Shown here: positions 16,945-25,692 of the stretch, piece after piece
Layout: the number at the start of each line of letters is the position of its first letter
Position numbering within the stretch: position 1 is the stretch's first letter
From: Actinomycetota bacterium
GTDB lineage: Bacteria > Actinomycetota > Acidimicrobiia > Acidimicrobiales > Ilumatobacteraceae
Assembly: GCA_005801025.1 (NCBI GenBank)
Contig: SYDZ01000040.1
Coordinates: 1-31,154 of the forward strand
DNA: 31,154 nucleotides
Direction of reading: 5' to 3'
The notes under the pieces: model-generated
The model's database searches: none
Seen by the model: the letters and a program-made list of their open reading frames with translations, nothing else
What the model was told of the DNA's origin: nothing
Made by a program: the position numbers and the translations under genes

Positions 16945-17421
16945 ATGCTGGCGATTGACATCCTGAAATGGCCAGGAATGAATCAGGCTTTCCTGTTCTC
17001 CTTGGCTTTGACAACAATTCTTGCGGGTCTTGTTTTTGTGTACGGCAAACGCCGTCCTATCGGTACTCCCATGTCATGGGGCGAGGCGATGTTTGGCTCT
17101 GTGTACGCATTTTTCCTGATGTTCTTGGCTTACGGAGTTGTGCCTCATCAATGGTTAGTCCATGTTCAAAATGAACTCGGTTGGCAATCCGACAAGCCAT
17201 TCCTCGGACCGGGATCAATCTTTAAATCCCAAGCAGCCGGTGGAAGTTTCCCGTTTGATATCAACTATCTGCAGATTGGTGATATCGCCGTCACTGGTAT
17301 TTATGGATTGTTTCTGGGCGCTCAGATTTACATGTGGACGTGGTGGCAAAAGCGTGGCGCAACAAAGTCCACCGAGGTTGAGCAATCTAGTTACGGTCGT
17401 CCTTTGGTGAAGAAGGCATAA
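16945..17421 (+). CDS. Uncharacterised membrane protein (about 3 TM), first gene of the respiratory operon
   Basis: 158 aa hydrophobic ORF; GGAAGG upstream; 4 nt from the ferredoxin gene. Confidence 0.75.
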   Translation: MLAIDILKWPGMNQAFLFSLALTTILAGLVFVYGKRRPIGTPMSWGEAMFGSVYAFFLMFLAYGVVPHQWLVHVQNELGWQSDKPFLGPGSIFKSQAAGGSFPFDINYLQIGDIAVTGIYGLFLGAQIYMWTWWQKRGATKSTEVEQSSYGRPLVKKA

Positions 17422-17425
17422 TCCC

Positions 17426-17839
17426 ATGACTCGCACTGACGCCAATCCGCCAATGATGCCGTACTCCGACCAGTATCAACTGGTTGAAGTTGACGCTGAT
17501 TATCTCACCAAGGCGGTGAAGCCCAAGCAATTCATTCATATCGACCAGTCGGAATGCATCATGTGCGAGGGTTGCGTTGATATCTGTCCGTGGAAGTGCA
17601 TCCACATGGTGACTCCCGATGCTGTGGCAGAAGCCACCAACACCGAGCTCCCTGGGCTTGACCCTAACGACCATGTTCTGTTCATTATTGATGATGATGT
17701 TTGTACGCGTTGTGCACTGTGCGTCGATCGGTGTCCGACCGGCGTCATCATTCTTGGCAAGGCTGGTGCGGCTCTCGCAACTGGCGACACTCACACACGT
17801 ACCGCTAATCACGGTTACGCATATGGAATGCGTTTCTAG
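17426..17839 (+). CDS. 2x[4Fe-4S] dicluster ferredoxin-like protein
   Basis: CIMCEGCVDICP and CTRCALCVDRCP; no signal peptide or TM. Confidence 0.92.
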   Translation: MTRTDANPPMMPYSDQYQLVEVDADYLTKAVKPKQFIHIDQSECIMCEGCVDICPWKCIHMVTPDAVAEATNTELPGLDPNDHVLFIIDDDVCTRCALCVDRCPTGVIILGKAGAALATGDTHTRTANHGYAYGMRF

Positions 17840-17850
17840 GAGAAAAACCC

Positions 17851-18633
17851 ATGGCAAAAGTCATTGACGATCCTCGTCCAACAGCAAAAGAGCGTCTGAA
17901 TCAGACGGTAGAGAATGTTCAAGGCAGTCAAGCCTGGAACTCAATCTTCCGTCCTGGTTCTATTTTCCGTAAGGGCTACACCGATAGCCCACGTAACCGC
18001 TCGTACGTCATCATGAACTCGGTGCTTTATCACTTGCATCCCGTGAAGGTCAAGCGTCATGCCGTCAAGGTGAGCTACACCTTGTGTTTGGGTGGACTCA
18101 GTTTCTTCCTCTTCATTCACTTAACGGTGACAGGCATTTTCTTGATGTTCTTCTACCGCCCTGAAGCCACGGCAGCGTGGAATGACATCAGTAGTTTGCA
18201 GACCTCGGTGGCCTTCGGATTACTTGTGCGAAATATGCATCGATGGGGAGCACACTTAATGGTGCTCTCGGTGTTCTTGCACATGGCCCGTGTTTTTTAT
18301 CATGGTGCGTACAAAGCTCCGCGTGAATTTAACTGGGTGATCGGTGTCGTCTTATTGACACTGACCTTGCTCCTTTCCTTCACAGGTTATTTGCTTCCAT
18401 GGGATCAGTTGTCAATGTGGGCGGTCGCCGTGGGTACCAACATGATGGGGTATACCCCAGTCTTTGGTTCTCAAGTGCGTTTTGTATTGCTCGGTGGTGT
18501 TGAGATCGGTTCTGAGACGTTGCTGCGATGGTATGTGCTGCATGTTCTCATGTTGCCTTTCGTCATCGTGATTTTCATGGCTATCCACTTCTGGCGTGTC
18601 CGCAAGGACGGTGGCATCTCAGGTCCGTTGTGA
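17851..18633 (+). CDS. petB: Cytochrome b N-terminal subunit (cytochrome b6-like)
   Basis: CLGG (heme-ci Cys), RNMHRWGAH..FLHMARV, GYLLPWDQ, LHV..AIHF; ends GISGPL like cytochrome b6. Confidence 0.9.
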   Translation: MAKVIDDPRPTAKERLNQTVENVQGSQAWNSIFRPGSIFRKGYTDSPRNRSYVIMNSVLYHLHPVKVKRHAVKVSYTLCLGGLSFFLFIHLTVTGIFLMFFYRPEATAAWNDISSLQTSVAFGLLVRNMHRWGAHLMVLSVFLHMARVFYHGAYKAPREFNWVIGVVLLTLTLLLSFTGYLLPWDQLSMWAVAVGTNMMGYTPVFGSQVRFVLLGGVEIGSETLLRWYVLHVLMLPFVIVIFMAIHFWRVRKDGGISGPL

Positions 18634-18660
18634 CCAGTGCCTGAAAGGAAATGACTCAAC

Positions 18661-18693
18661 ATGACTGAAATCCCCGAACACCTTTTGAAGCGA
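18661..18693 (+). repeat. MTEIPEHLLKR coding motif, copy 2 (degenerate copy 3 IPAHLLER at 18778-18801)
   Basis: Translation identical to copy 1. Confidence 0.9.
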
Positions 18694-19413
18694 GCGCAAG
18701 CCGCTCGCGATCAGGCCGCTGCGCAGGCTGGCGCGGCGTCCCCTAGTTCCAGTGATGCTTCAGCCGCAGATCCGCGCATTCCGGCTCATCTTCTTGAGCG
18801 CAGCAAAGCGGCGAAAGATAAAACTGGCGGAGCGCAAGTTGCTGTCGCCGAAAAGGTGGGTGCCCTTGTGGGTGCTGCTCCAGTCGCCGCAGGTCTGCCC
18901 ATCGGAGCGGGTCCAGGTGGTCATACTCAACGTTTGTTGACAGTCGTCAAGTCGGGCTCGATTCAAGATGTCAAAGCCACCCCAGTTGACAAAGTGCATA
19001 CGTGGCCTCACCTGCTGGCAGTTGAATTTGTGGCGGCCGTTGCTTGCACTGCGTTTTTGTTCTTCGTGGCAATCTTCGTCAATGCTCCCTTGTTGCAGTT
19101 GGCTAACCCCAACCAAACGCCCAACCCGTCAAAGGCTCCTTGGTACTTCTTGGGACTTCAAGAATTGTTGACGATGTTCCACCCGATGGTGGCTGGTGTG
19201 ACAATTCCTGGAGTGGCATTGTTTGCTTTAATTTTGGCTCCGTTCATTGACAAGAATCCGTCCAACAAACCTGAGGACCGCAAGTTTGCGACTTCGATCA
19301 TGACTATTCACCTGATGTTTTGGGCCGTGTTGGTCATCATCGGATCTTTCTTCCGTGGCCCTGGTTTCAACTTCGTCTTCCCTTGGCGGGACGGCCTGTT
19401 CTTCGAGTTGTGA
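18661..19413 (+). CDS. petD: Cytochrome b C-terminal subunit (subunit IV-like) with long N-terminal extension
   Basis: WPHLL, ANPNQTPNPSKAPWYFLGLQELL, PFIDKNP. Confidence 0.85.
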   Translation: MTEIPEHLLKRAQAARDQAAAQAGAASPSSSDASAADPRIPAHLLERSKAAKDKTGGAQVAVAEKVGALVGAAPVAAGLPIGAGPGGHTQRLLTVVKSGSIQDVKATPVDKVHTWPHLLAVEFVAAVACTAFLFFVAIFVNAPLLQLANPNQTPNPSKAPWYFLGLQELLTMFHPMVAGVTIPGVALFALILAPFIDKNPSNKPEDRKFATSIMTIHLMFWAVLVIIGSFFRGPGFNFVFPWRDGLFFEL

Positions 19414-19426
19414 GGATCACACTTTT

Positions 19427-20284
19427 ATGACACCGCTAGCAACAATCGTTTTAGTTATCCTCGCCCTAGTGGTGTTGGCTGCTGTCATGGTCATTACTTC
19501 AGCGCGACGCTCTGATGTACGCGGCGCAGGAGCCCTTGCGCGAGAAACTGTGAAGCGTGACAAGTCAATTAAGGCTGAAGCGGGAGATGCTCCTTCAGGA
19601 TCTGCGTATGAATCACAGGCAATCGCTACTCGCACCGCCGTTCTTGAAAAAGCTACTGAAGTCGCCCCAGTGGTCTGGCGAGCGCCAGATCAAGAGGCCG
19701 TTGATGTTTCCCGTCGCCAGTTTTTCAACCGTGCGTCAATCTTTTTGGTGCTCACGGGTACAGCGGCATTTGGCGCTTCGCTGATTGCCTTTTTGTGGCC
19801 TCGGGCTGGCGGCGGTTTCGGTTCCAAGGTGAATGTCGGTCGCCTTGATGACTTGATAGCGCAGATTCGCAGTGAACGCGGTTTTGTCTATAAGCCCGAG
19901 GCGCGCACTTGGCTGACCACTTACCCCGCTGATTCTCTCCCCAAGGCGCGGTTGTCGTACGGCAATCAGGGGCCAGTTTTAAACGGTATGGAAAATGGCC
20001 TTGTCGCGCTCTACCAGAAATGTCCCCACCTGGGTTGTCGAGTTCCTGAATGCAAGAGTTCGCAGTGGTTTGAATGCCCATGTCATGGATCGCAGTACGA
20101 CCGTGTTGGTGAGAAGAAGGCAGGTCCTGCGCCACGTGGTATGGATCGCTTTGGTATCAACGTGTCTAATGGAAACGTCATTGTTGACACGGGGACAATA
20201 TTTAATGGTCCTGCCATTGGTATCAACACGACTGGACAGGAAGCCGAAGGACCCCACTGCGTTTCCGGAGAGGCAAAGCACTGA
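19427..20284 (+). CDS. petC: Rieske [2Fe-2S] subunit
   Basis: CPHLGC and CPCHGSQY; internal SRRQFF Tat motif; ATG 19427 after GAGGA. Confidence 0.92.
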   Translation: MTPLATIVLVILALVVLAAVMVITSARRSDVRGAGALARETVKRDKSIKAEAGDAPSGSAYESQAIATRTAVLEKATEVAPVVWRAPDQEAVDVSRRQFFNRASIFLVLTGTAAFGASLIAFLWPRAGGGFGSKVNVGRLDDLIAQIRSERGFVYKPEARTWLTTYPADSLPKARLSYGNQGPVLNGMENGLVALYQKCPHLGCRVPECKSSQWFECPCHGSQYDRVGEKKAGPAPRGMDRFGINVSNGNVIVDTGTIFNGPAIGINTTGQEAEGPHCVSGEAKH

Positions 20285-20286
20285 TC

Positions 20287-21351
20287 ATGATTTCGCTCGT
20301 CACTTCTACTTTCGCCTCGCTCATAGCACTGTTTTTCGTCATCGGTTACGTCACCTATGCATTCTTCAATCGATCAGCGGGTCGCGCTGAGATTGGTTCA
20401 GAGATTGAACTTGCCGCTAACCGTAAAGAATATTTTGATGATGAAATTCTTGAGGGTAAGCGCCTGCAGAAAATGCAATTGCTCGGTGTCTTGATGCTGG
20501 CAACGATCACTATTGGATTACCTGCTTACTGGATTTTGGAACCGAGTCGTCAAGCCGGCGCAACAAGCGGTAAAGAAAATCGCTTTATTGAGTGGGGCTC
20601 AAACCTTTTTGCTCCAACTGCTGAGGGTGGATTCAACTGCGCTGGTTGTCATGGTGGAATGAAAGGCCCAGGTGGTGCCGCTCCGTACACAATCACTGAT
20701 TCTAAAACTGGTGAAGTGAAATCAGTGTTGTGGAAAGCCCCAGCAATTAACACCGTCTTTTATCGTTTTGATGAAAGTGAAGTTCGTTTCATCCTGCAAT
20801 ACGGCCGTCCGTTTTCGCCAATGTCCCCGTGGGGGATTGAGGGTGGTGGACCACTCAACGCCCAACAGATTGACACGTTATTGGCGTACCTCAAGAGCAT
20901 TCAGATTCCGCGTGAAGACTGCATCGTGGCTGACGCCAAGCCGTTGAACTGTGAAGGTGGACATTTGCCTCTGGTTGAGCAGGAAAAGGTCCAAGCCGCC
21001 GCCGAAAAGTCTGTCGCGGATGGTACCTACGGCTCAATTGGGGAAGCGCTTTTCAATCTCGAATTAGGATCAGGTGGTTTTAGTTGTGCTCGTTGCCATA
21101 CGCCTGGATGGAGTTGGGGAGAGCCTGGACAGACTGGTTCGGGCGCCTATGGCTGGAACCTCACCGGTGGAGCGACGAACAGTCACTTCGCGACTGAGCA
21201 AGAAATGATCAACTTCATCAAGGCTGGCTCAAAGTTCGGAGCGAAGTACGGTGTCCAAGGACAAGGTTCGGGTCGGATGCCTGGCTTTGGAGATTTATTA
21301 ACTGCTGAACAGATCCAACAGATCGTGAACTACGTGCGGAACGAATTATGA
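20287..21351 (+). CDS. Membrane-bound diheme cytochrome c
   Basis: CAGCH (20638-20652) and CARCH (21085-21099); distal Met in PMSPW and RMPGF; two N-terminal hydrophobic helices. Confidence 0.9.
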   Translation: MISLVTSTFASLIALFFVIGYVTYAFFNRSAGRAEIGSEIELAANRKEYFDDEILEGKRLQKMQLLGVLMLATITIGLPAYWILEPSRQAGATSGKENRFIEWGSNLFAPTAEGGFNCAGCHGGMKGPGGAAPYTITDSKTGEVKSVLWKAPAINTVFYRFDESEVRFILQYGRPFSPMSPWGIEGGGPLNAQQIDTLLAYLKSIQIPREDCIVADAKPLNCEGGHLPLVEQEKVQAAAEKSVADGTYGSIGEALFNLELGSGGFSCARCHTPGWSWGEPGQTGSGAYGWNLTGGATNSHFATEQEMINFIKAGSKFGAKYGVQGQGSGRMPGFGDLLTAEQIQQIVNYVRNEL

Positions 21352-22166
21352 GCACCATGTTAAGCATCGCTTGGGAACCCGAAATTCGCGGGCTTCTCAC
21401 GGTCATTATCGCCGTTGTTGCCTTATGTGGAAGTGTTTACCTGATCCTTGCAACCAACATGGGTGCTCGCTTAGGACTCTTAGTTGCGCTTGCGGGACTC
21501 AGCGGTTGGATGGTCATGATGGGTGTTATCTGGATGACCTACGGCATTGGTCTCAAAGGTAATGAGCCGTCATGGAAGCCGGCGCAACCCTTCACAGTCG
21601 TACGCGATGTAGCCCTGTTACCACAGGCCGAAGTGCTCGTTAACTCGGTGAAGATTCCTGAGGGGGCATCTCCAGTTGAGGCTGCTGCTGTCGGAGCGGA
21701 AGCTCTGCGAGAAGAAAATTGGAAGGTTCTCCCAATCGATGATAAGGGTCGTGGTCAGTCCATCGCGGCGGCAGACGAAATCATTCAAGTTGAAGCCGAG
21801 TTGTACGCCGGCGGGGAATACCAAGCAGTCGCGGTGTATGACCGCGGTGGTGAGCGTTATCCAAAGATCGGCGACAAAGTTGACTTCCTTGCCTTCTTTC
21901 ACAAACCGCATTACGCGATTGTGGAAATTGCCGCTCTTGTGCCACAGAGAGTCGAACCTGGTCGCGCTCCTGCACGGCCCGTTATTGACGAGAGTAAGTC
22001 TCACCAATATATTGTCATGATTCGCGACCTTGGCACCAAGCGTCAACCAGCGTTGCTGGTCACCTTTGGCTCTGGAATCATTTTCTTCATCTGTTGCTGG
22101 ATGTTGCATCGCCGTGATCGTACTTTGGCTGCCAATCTTGCCATGCCTGTTCCTGCGGTGGCCTAA
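21348..22166 (+). CDS. Uncharacterised membrane protein between cytochrome c and nuoA
   Basis: 272 aa with two N-terminal and one C-terminal hydrophobic helices; ATGA overlap with the cytochrome c gene. Confidence 0.75.
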   Translation: MSTMLSIAWEPEIRGLLTVIIAVVALCGSVYLILATNMGARLGLLVALAGLSGWMVMMGVIWMTYGIGLKGNEPSWKPAQPFTVVRDVALLPQAEVLVNSVKIPEGASPVEAAAVGAEALREENWKVLPIDDKGRGQSIAAADEIIQVEAELYAGGEYQAVAVYDRGGERYPKIGDKVDFLAFFHKPHYAIVEIAALVPQRVEPGRAPARPVIDESKSHQYIVMIRDLGTKRQPALLVTFGSGIIFFICCWMLHRRDRTLAANLAMPVPAVA

Positions 22167-22169
22167 CTG

Positions 22170-22634
22170 ATGGGGCAATATCTTCCCGTTGTAGCGCTCA
22201 CCATCCTTGCCGTTCTTTTTGGGGCGTTAAGTTTTGTGGCCTCAAAGTTGCTGGCTCCTCGCCGACCGTCATTGGCGAAAGATGCGCCTTACGAATGTGG
22301 CATTGTCCCCAGCCGCGAACCACCCGAGCGTTTTCCTGTCAGTTTCTACATCGTGGCGATGTTATTTATCATGTTCGACATTGAAATCATTTTCATTTAT
22401 CCGTACGCCGCCAACCGAGCCGAACTTGGTGCCTTTGCGTTTTGGGAGATGTTTGCATTTAGCGTTGTTTTCTTCTTGGCTTTCGTTTATGTCGTAGCCC
22501 GCGGAGCCCTTGACTGGGGTCCGTTGGCAAAGGCCCGCCGTTTAGTTGATGGTGTCTCGGCAACCCGCACGACGACGACGACAATTCGTCGAGTCGGACT
22601 AGATGGTCGTCTCGGCGACGATCAGGCAGCTTGA
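22170..22634 (+). CDS. nuoA: NADH-quinone oxidoreductase subunit A
   Basis: [25 protein letters not shown]. Confidence 0.95.
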   Translation: MGQYLPVVALTILAVLFGALSFVASKLLAPRRPSLAKDAPYECGIVPSREPPERFPVSFYIVAMLFIMFDIEIIFIYPYAANRAELGAFAFWEMFAFSVVFFLAFVYVVARGALDWGPLAKARRLVDGVSATRTTTTTIRRVGLDGRLGDDQAA

Positions 22635-22650
22635 GCGTTGGGGGACTGAC

Positions 22651-23250
22651 ATGGGTTTGGTGCGCAACGTTCTTGATGATGGACTCGGAGGCGTTGAGCA
22701 CAACTTCATCACCGGAAAAATTGAAGATTTAGTTAAGTGGTCGCGTAGCCGTTCAAGTTGGGGCGCAACTTTTGGTCTGGCTTGTTGCGCTATTGAAATG
22801 ATGGGAACTGGCGGCCCGCACTATGACATCGCCCGCTTCGGAATGGAAGTATTCCGCGCCTCGCCGCGTCAGGCAGACATCATCATTGTTGCGGGTCGTG
22901 TGAGTCAGAAGATGGCCCCAGTTCTGCGTCAGGTGTATGACCAAATGATGGAACCGAAGTGGGTGATCTCCATGGGTGTGTGTGCATCAAGTGGTGGGAT
23001 GTTTAATAACTACGCAATTCTTCAAGGTGTCGATCAAATCGTTCCTGTTGACGTTTACGCTCCTGGTTGTCCTCCGACACCTGAAACTTTGATTCATGCA
23101 ATCGAGACCTTGCATCAAAAGATTGAAGACGGAGAAATCATGCGTCGTCGCGCTAGCAGTGGAGCGGGTGCAAACATCCACATCACCGAGATTCCAGCGC
23201 AAACTGCACCAGTCTCTCTATCAATTGGCCGCACAGAGACCTGGTCATGA
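22651..23250 (+). CDS. nuoB: NADH-quinone oxidoreductase subunit B
   Basis: [31 protein letters not shown]; ATG 22651 after GGGGA. Confidence 0.96.
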   Translation: MGLVRNVLDDGLGGVEHNFITGKIEDLVKWSRSRSSWGATFGLACCAIEMMGTGGPHYDIARFGMEVFRASPRQADIIIVAGRVSQKMAPVLRQVYDQMMEPKWVISMGVCASSGGMFNNYAILQGVDQIVPVDVYAPGCPPTPETLIHAIETLHQKIEDGEIMRRRASSGAGANIHITEIPAQTAPVSLSIGRTETWS

Positions 23251-23747
23251 GCGATCAAGAAGGAACTCCTGAAGCCCAACCGATGTTGCATGGTTGCCCA
23301 CTCACTGACTCACACGGGCAAGCGGTGGTGCACCCTTCGCGCGCACAGTACGTGGCGCTTCTGAAAAAATTATTAGATAGTGGCTACGCAATGTGTTGCG
23401 ATCTGACAGCGGTGGACTTTCTCACTCACCCCGGACGTTCATTACCCGACGGAATCGTTGCTGAACGATTTGAAATCGTTGTCAATCTCACAGCAATCGC
23501 TTCTCGTGATCGCATTCGTGTGCGTGTTCAGGTGCCTGAATCAGACACAACTATCGCATCAGTGTTTGACCTTTGGCCGGGGACAGAGGCGATGGAGCGC
23601 GAAGTTTTTGATATGTTCGGCATTTCCTTTGATGGCCATCCTGATCTGACGCGTATTTTGATGCCAGAAGACTGGGATGGTCATCCGCTGCGCAAGGATT
23701 ATGAAATTGGTCGTATCCCTGTTCAGTTCAAGGGGTCGCACTCATGA
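23247..23747 (+). CDS. nuoC: NADH-quinone oxidoreductase subunit C
   Basis: [35 protein letters not shown]. Confidence 0.96.
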   Translation: MSDQEGTPEAQPMLHGCPLTDSHGQAVVHPSRAQYVALLKKLLDSGYAMCCDLTAVDFLTHPGRSLPDGIVAERFEIVVNLTAIASRDRIRVRVQVPESDTTIASVFDLWPGTEAMEREVFDMFGISFDGHPDLTRILMPEDWDGHPLRKDYEIGRIPVQFKGSHS

Positions 23748-25078
23748 CGTCTGGTCAAAATATTTTTAAGACCAACGAAGGGGCCCAGGAAATGCGTGCC
23801 CGCAGCGAAATCAGCGCCAAGGAAATTTTGCGTGAAGTTGGTTCGGTCCTACGCATGAGTGAAGCCGAAGTTGCCAATCTTGGGCAATCGTCGGGCGATT
23901 CTGACGAAGATCAAACGATGATCATCAACATGGGGCCTCAGCACCCCAGCACTCACGGAGTATTGCGTTTGATGTTGGAGTTGCAAGGTGAAACTGTTCT
24001 GCGTTGCAAGCCGATCATTGGCTACTTGCACACCGGGATGGAGAAAACTGGTGAAGACCTGACGTACATGCAAGGTGGCACCAATGTCACGCGCATGGAT
24101 TATTTGAGTCCATTAAATAATGAGCTTGTTTTCTCAATGGCTGTTGAAAAATTGCTTGGCATTGAAAACGATATTCCTGAGCGTGCCGTATGGATGCGAA
24201 TGCTCCTTTCAGAACTCAATCGCATGAGTAGCCATTTGTTGTTCTTGGCTACGAACGGTATGGATCTTGGCGCAGTGTCAATGATGTTGTATGGCTGGCG
24301 TGAACGTGAAGAGGTTTTGCGCTTCTTTCAAAAGGTGACTGGCTTGCGCATGAATCACAACTTCATTCGTCCTGGAGGTGTGGCAGCCGACCTGCCTGCG
24401 GGTTGGCGCAGCGATGTTCTTGAGATTCTTGAAATGTTGCCGGGTCGTCTGGCCGAATACGACATCTTGATGACCGATCAACCCATCTGGCGTGAGCGTC
24501 TGCAAGGTGTTGGCGTGATTACTGCAGATGAAGCTTTGGCCCTCGGAACGAGTGGACCGATTTTGCGCTCAACGGGTGTGGCGTGGGACCTGCGACGGGA
24601 TCAGCCGTATCTGCATTATGAGAAGATGGAGTTTGATGTCATCGTCGGTTCCTACGGCGACGCCTTTGATCGTTATGCAATCCGCATCAATGAAATTCGC
24701 GAGTCGATGCGCATCGTGTATCAGATTCTTGACAATATGCCCAAGGGTGACTACCGCATTCAGAATAAGAAAGTGACTCCACCGCCGCGAGCACGCATTG
24801 ACGAATCTATGGAAGCACTGATCCACCACTTCAAGATTTTCACCGAGGGATTCAAGGTTCCTGAGGGTGAGGTTTATGTGGCGATTGAAAGTCCGCGCGG
24901 AGAAATTGGTTGCTACATCGTCAGCGACGGTGGCTCCAAGCCATATCGCATTCATATGAGGGCCCCCAGTTTTGTCAATATCCAGGCTTTGCCACACATG
25001 ATGCGTGGTGGCTTAGTAGCCGATGCAGTCGCAGTGATTTCGTCCATTGACCCAGTTCTAGGAGAGGTTGATCGCTGA
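23744..25078 (+). CDS. nuoD: NADH-quinone oxidoreductase subunit D
   Basis: NMGPQHPSTHGVLRL, IGYLHTGMEK, RMDY, ESPRGE, DPVLGEVDR. Confidence 0.97.
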   Translation: MTSGQNIFKTNEGAQEMRARSEISAKEILREVGSVLRMSEAEVANLGQSSGDSDEDQTMIINMGPQHPSTHGVLRLMLELQGETVLRCKPIIGYLHTGMEKTGEDLTYMQGGTNVTRMDYLSPLNNELVFSMAVEKLLGIENDIPERAVWMRMLLSELNRMSSHLLFLATNGMDLGAVSMMLYGWREREEVLRFFQKVTGLRMNHNFIRPGGVAADLPAGWRSDVLEILEMLPGRLAEYDILMTDQPIWRERLQGVGVITADEALALGTSGPILRSTGVAWDLRRDQPYLHYEKMEFDVIVGSYGDAFDRYAIRINEIRESMRIVYQILDNMPKGDYRIQNKKVTPPPRARIDESMEALIHHFKIFTEGFKVPEGEVYVAIESPRGEIGCYIVSDGGSKPYRIHMRAPSFVNIQALPHMMRGGLVADAVAVISSIDPVLGEVDR

Positions 25079-25692
25079 TGTCGCGTTTATCTGAAGGCAA
25101 CATTCGTCTTGCCAAGGAGATCATTGGTCGCTATCCGCGTCCGCGTTCGGCGATGATCCCCTTATTGCACATGGCTCAGCAACAAGATGGCTACATCACC
25201 AATGATGCGATGGTGCATATTGGTGAACTTGTCGGTTCGACATCAGCCGAGGTCTACGGCACGGCGTCGTTCTACGAGATGTTCAAGTTTGAACCAGTTG
25301 GAAAATATCTGGTCAATATCTGCGGAACCTTGTCTTGTGCGCTGATGGGATCAGAGGAACTGATGCATTATGCCGAACACAAGCTGGGCGTCAAGATGGG
25401 CGGGACGACCGATGATGGCATGTTCACTCTTGAGCACGCAGAATGTCAGGCAGCTTGCACCGAGGCACCCTGCCTTCAAGTGAATTATCGTTACCGCTTC
25501 CGAGTGACGGCAGCCGATTTTGATTCACTGATTGATGATTTGTCCGCTGGTCGTCTCGTTGATGAGATCCCTGCGCACGGCACAGTGGCTCGGGTGGGCC
25601 AGCACATTCCGCGCGACCGTGGTGTCGGAGCGATACCCCCAGAGTCAGTAACCGAAGCCCCTGTTTGGTTGGATGGAAAGGCTGCGCTATGA
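25078..25692 (+). CDS. nuoE: NADH-quinone oxidoreductase subunit E
   Basis: CGTLSC and ECQAACTEAP [2Fe-2S] ligands; ASFYEMF. Confidence 0.95.
   Translation: MSRLSEGNIRLAKEIIGRYPRPRSAMIPLLHMAQQQDGYITNDAMVHIGELVGSTSAEVYGTASFYEMFKFEPVGKYLVNICGTLSCALMGSEELMHYAEHKLGVKMGGTTDDGMFTLEHAECQAACTEAPCLQVNYRYRFRVTAADFDSLIDDLSAGRLVDEIPAHGTVARVGQHIPRDRGVGAIPPESVTEAPVWLDGKAAL

Noticed and set aside
25561-25581. EIPAH in NuoE (and TEIPAQ in NuoB) as further copies of the EIPEHLL motif
   Set aside because: They lack the LLxR half and are not N-terminal; likely coincidence
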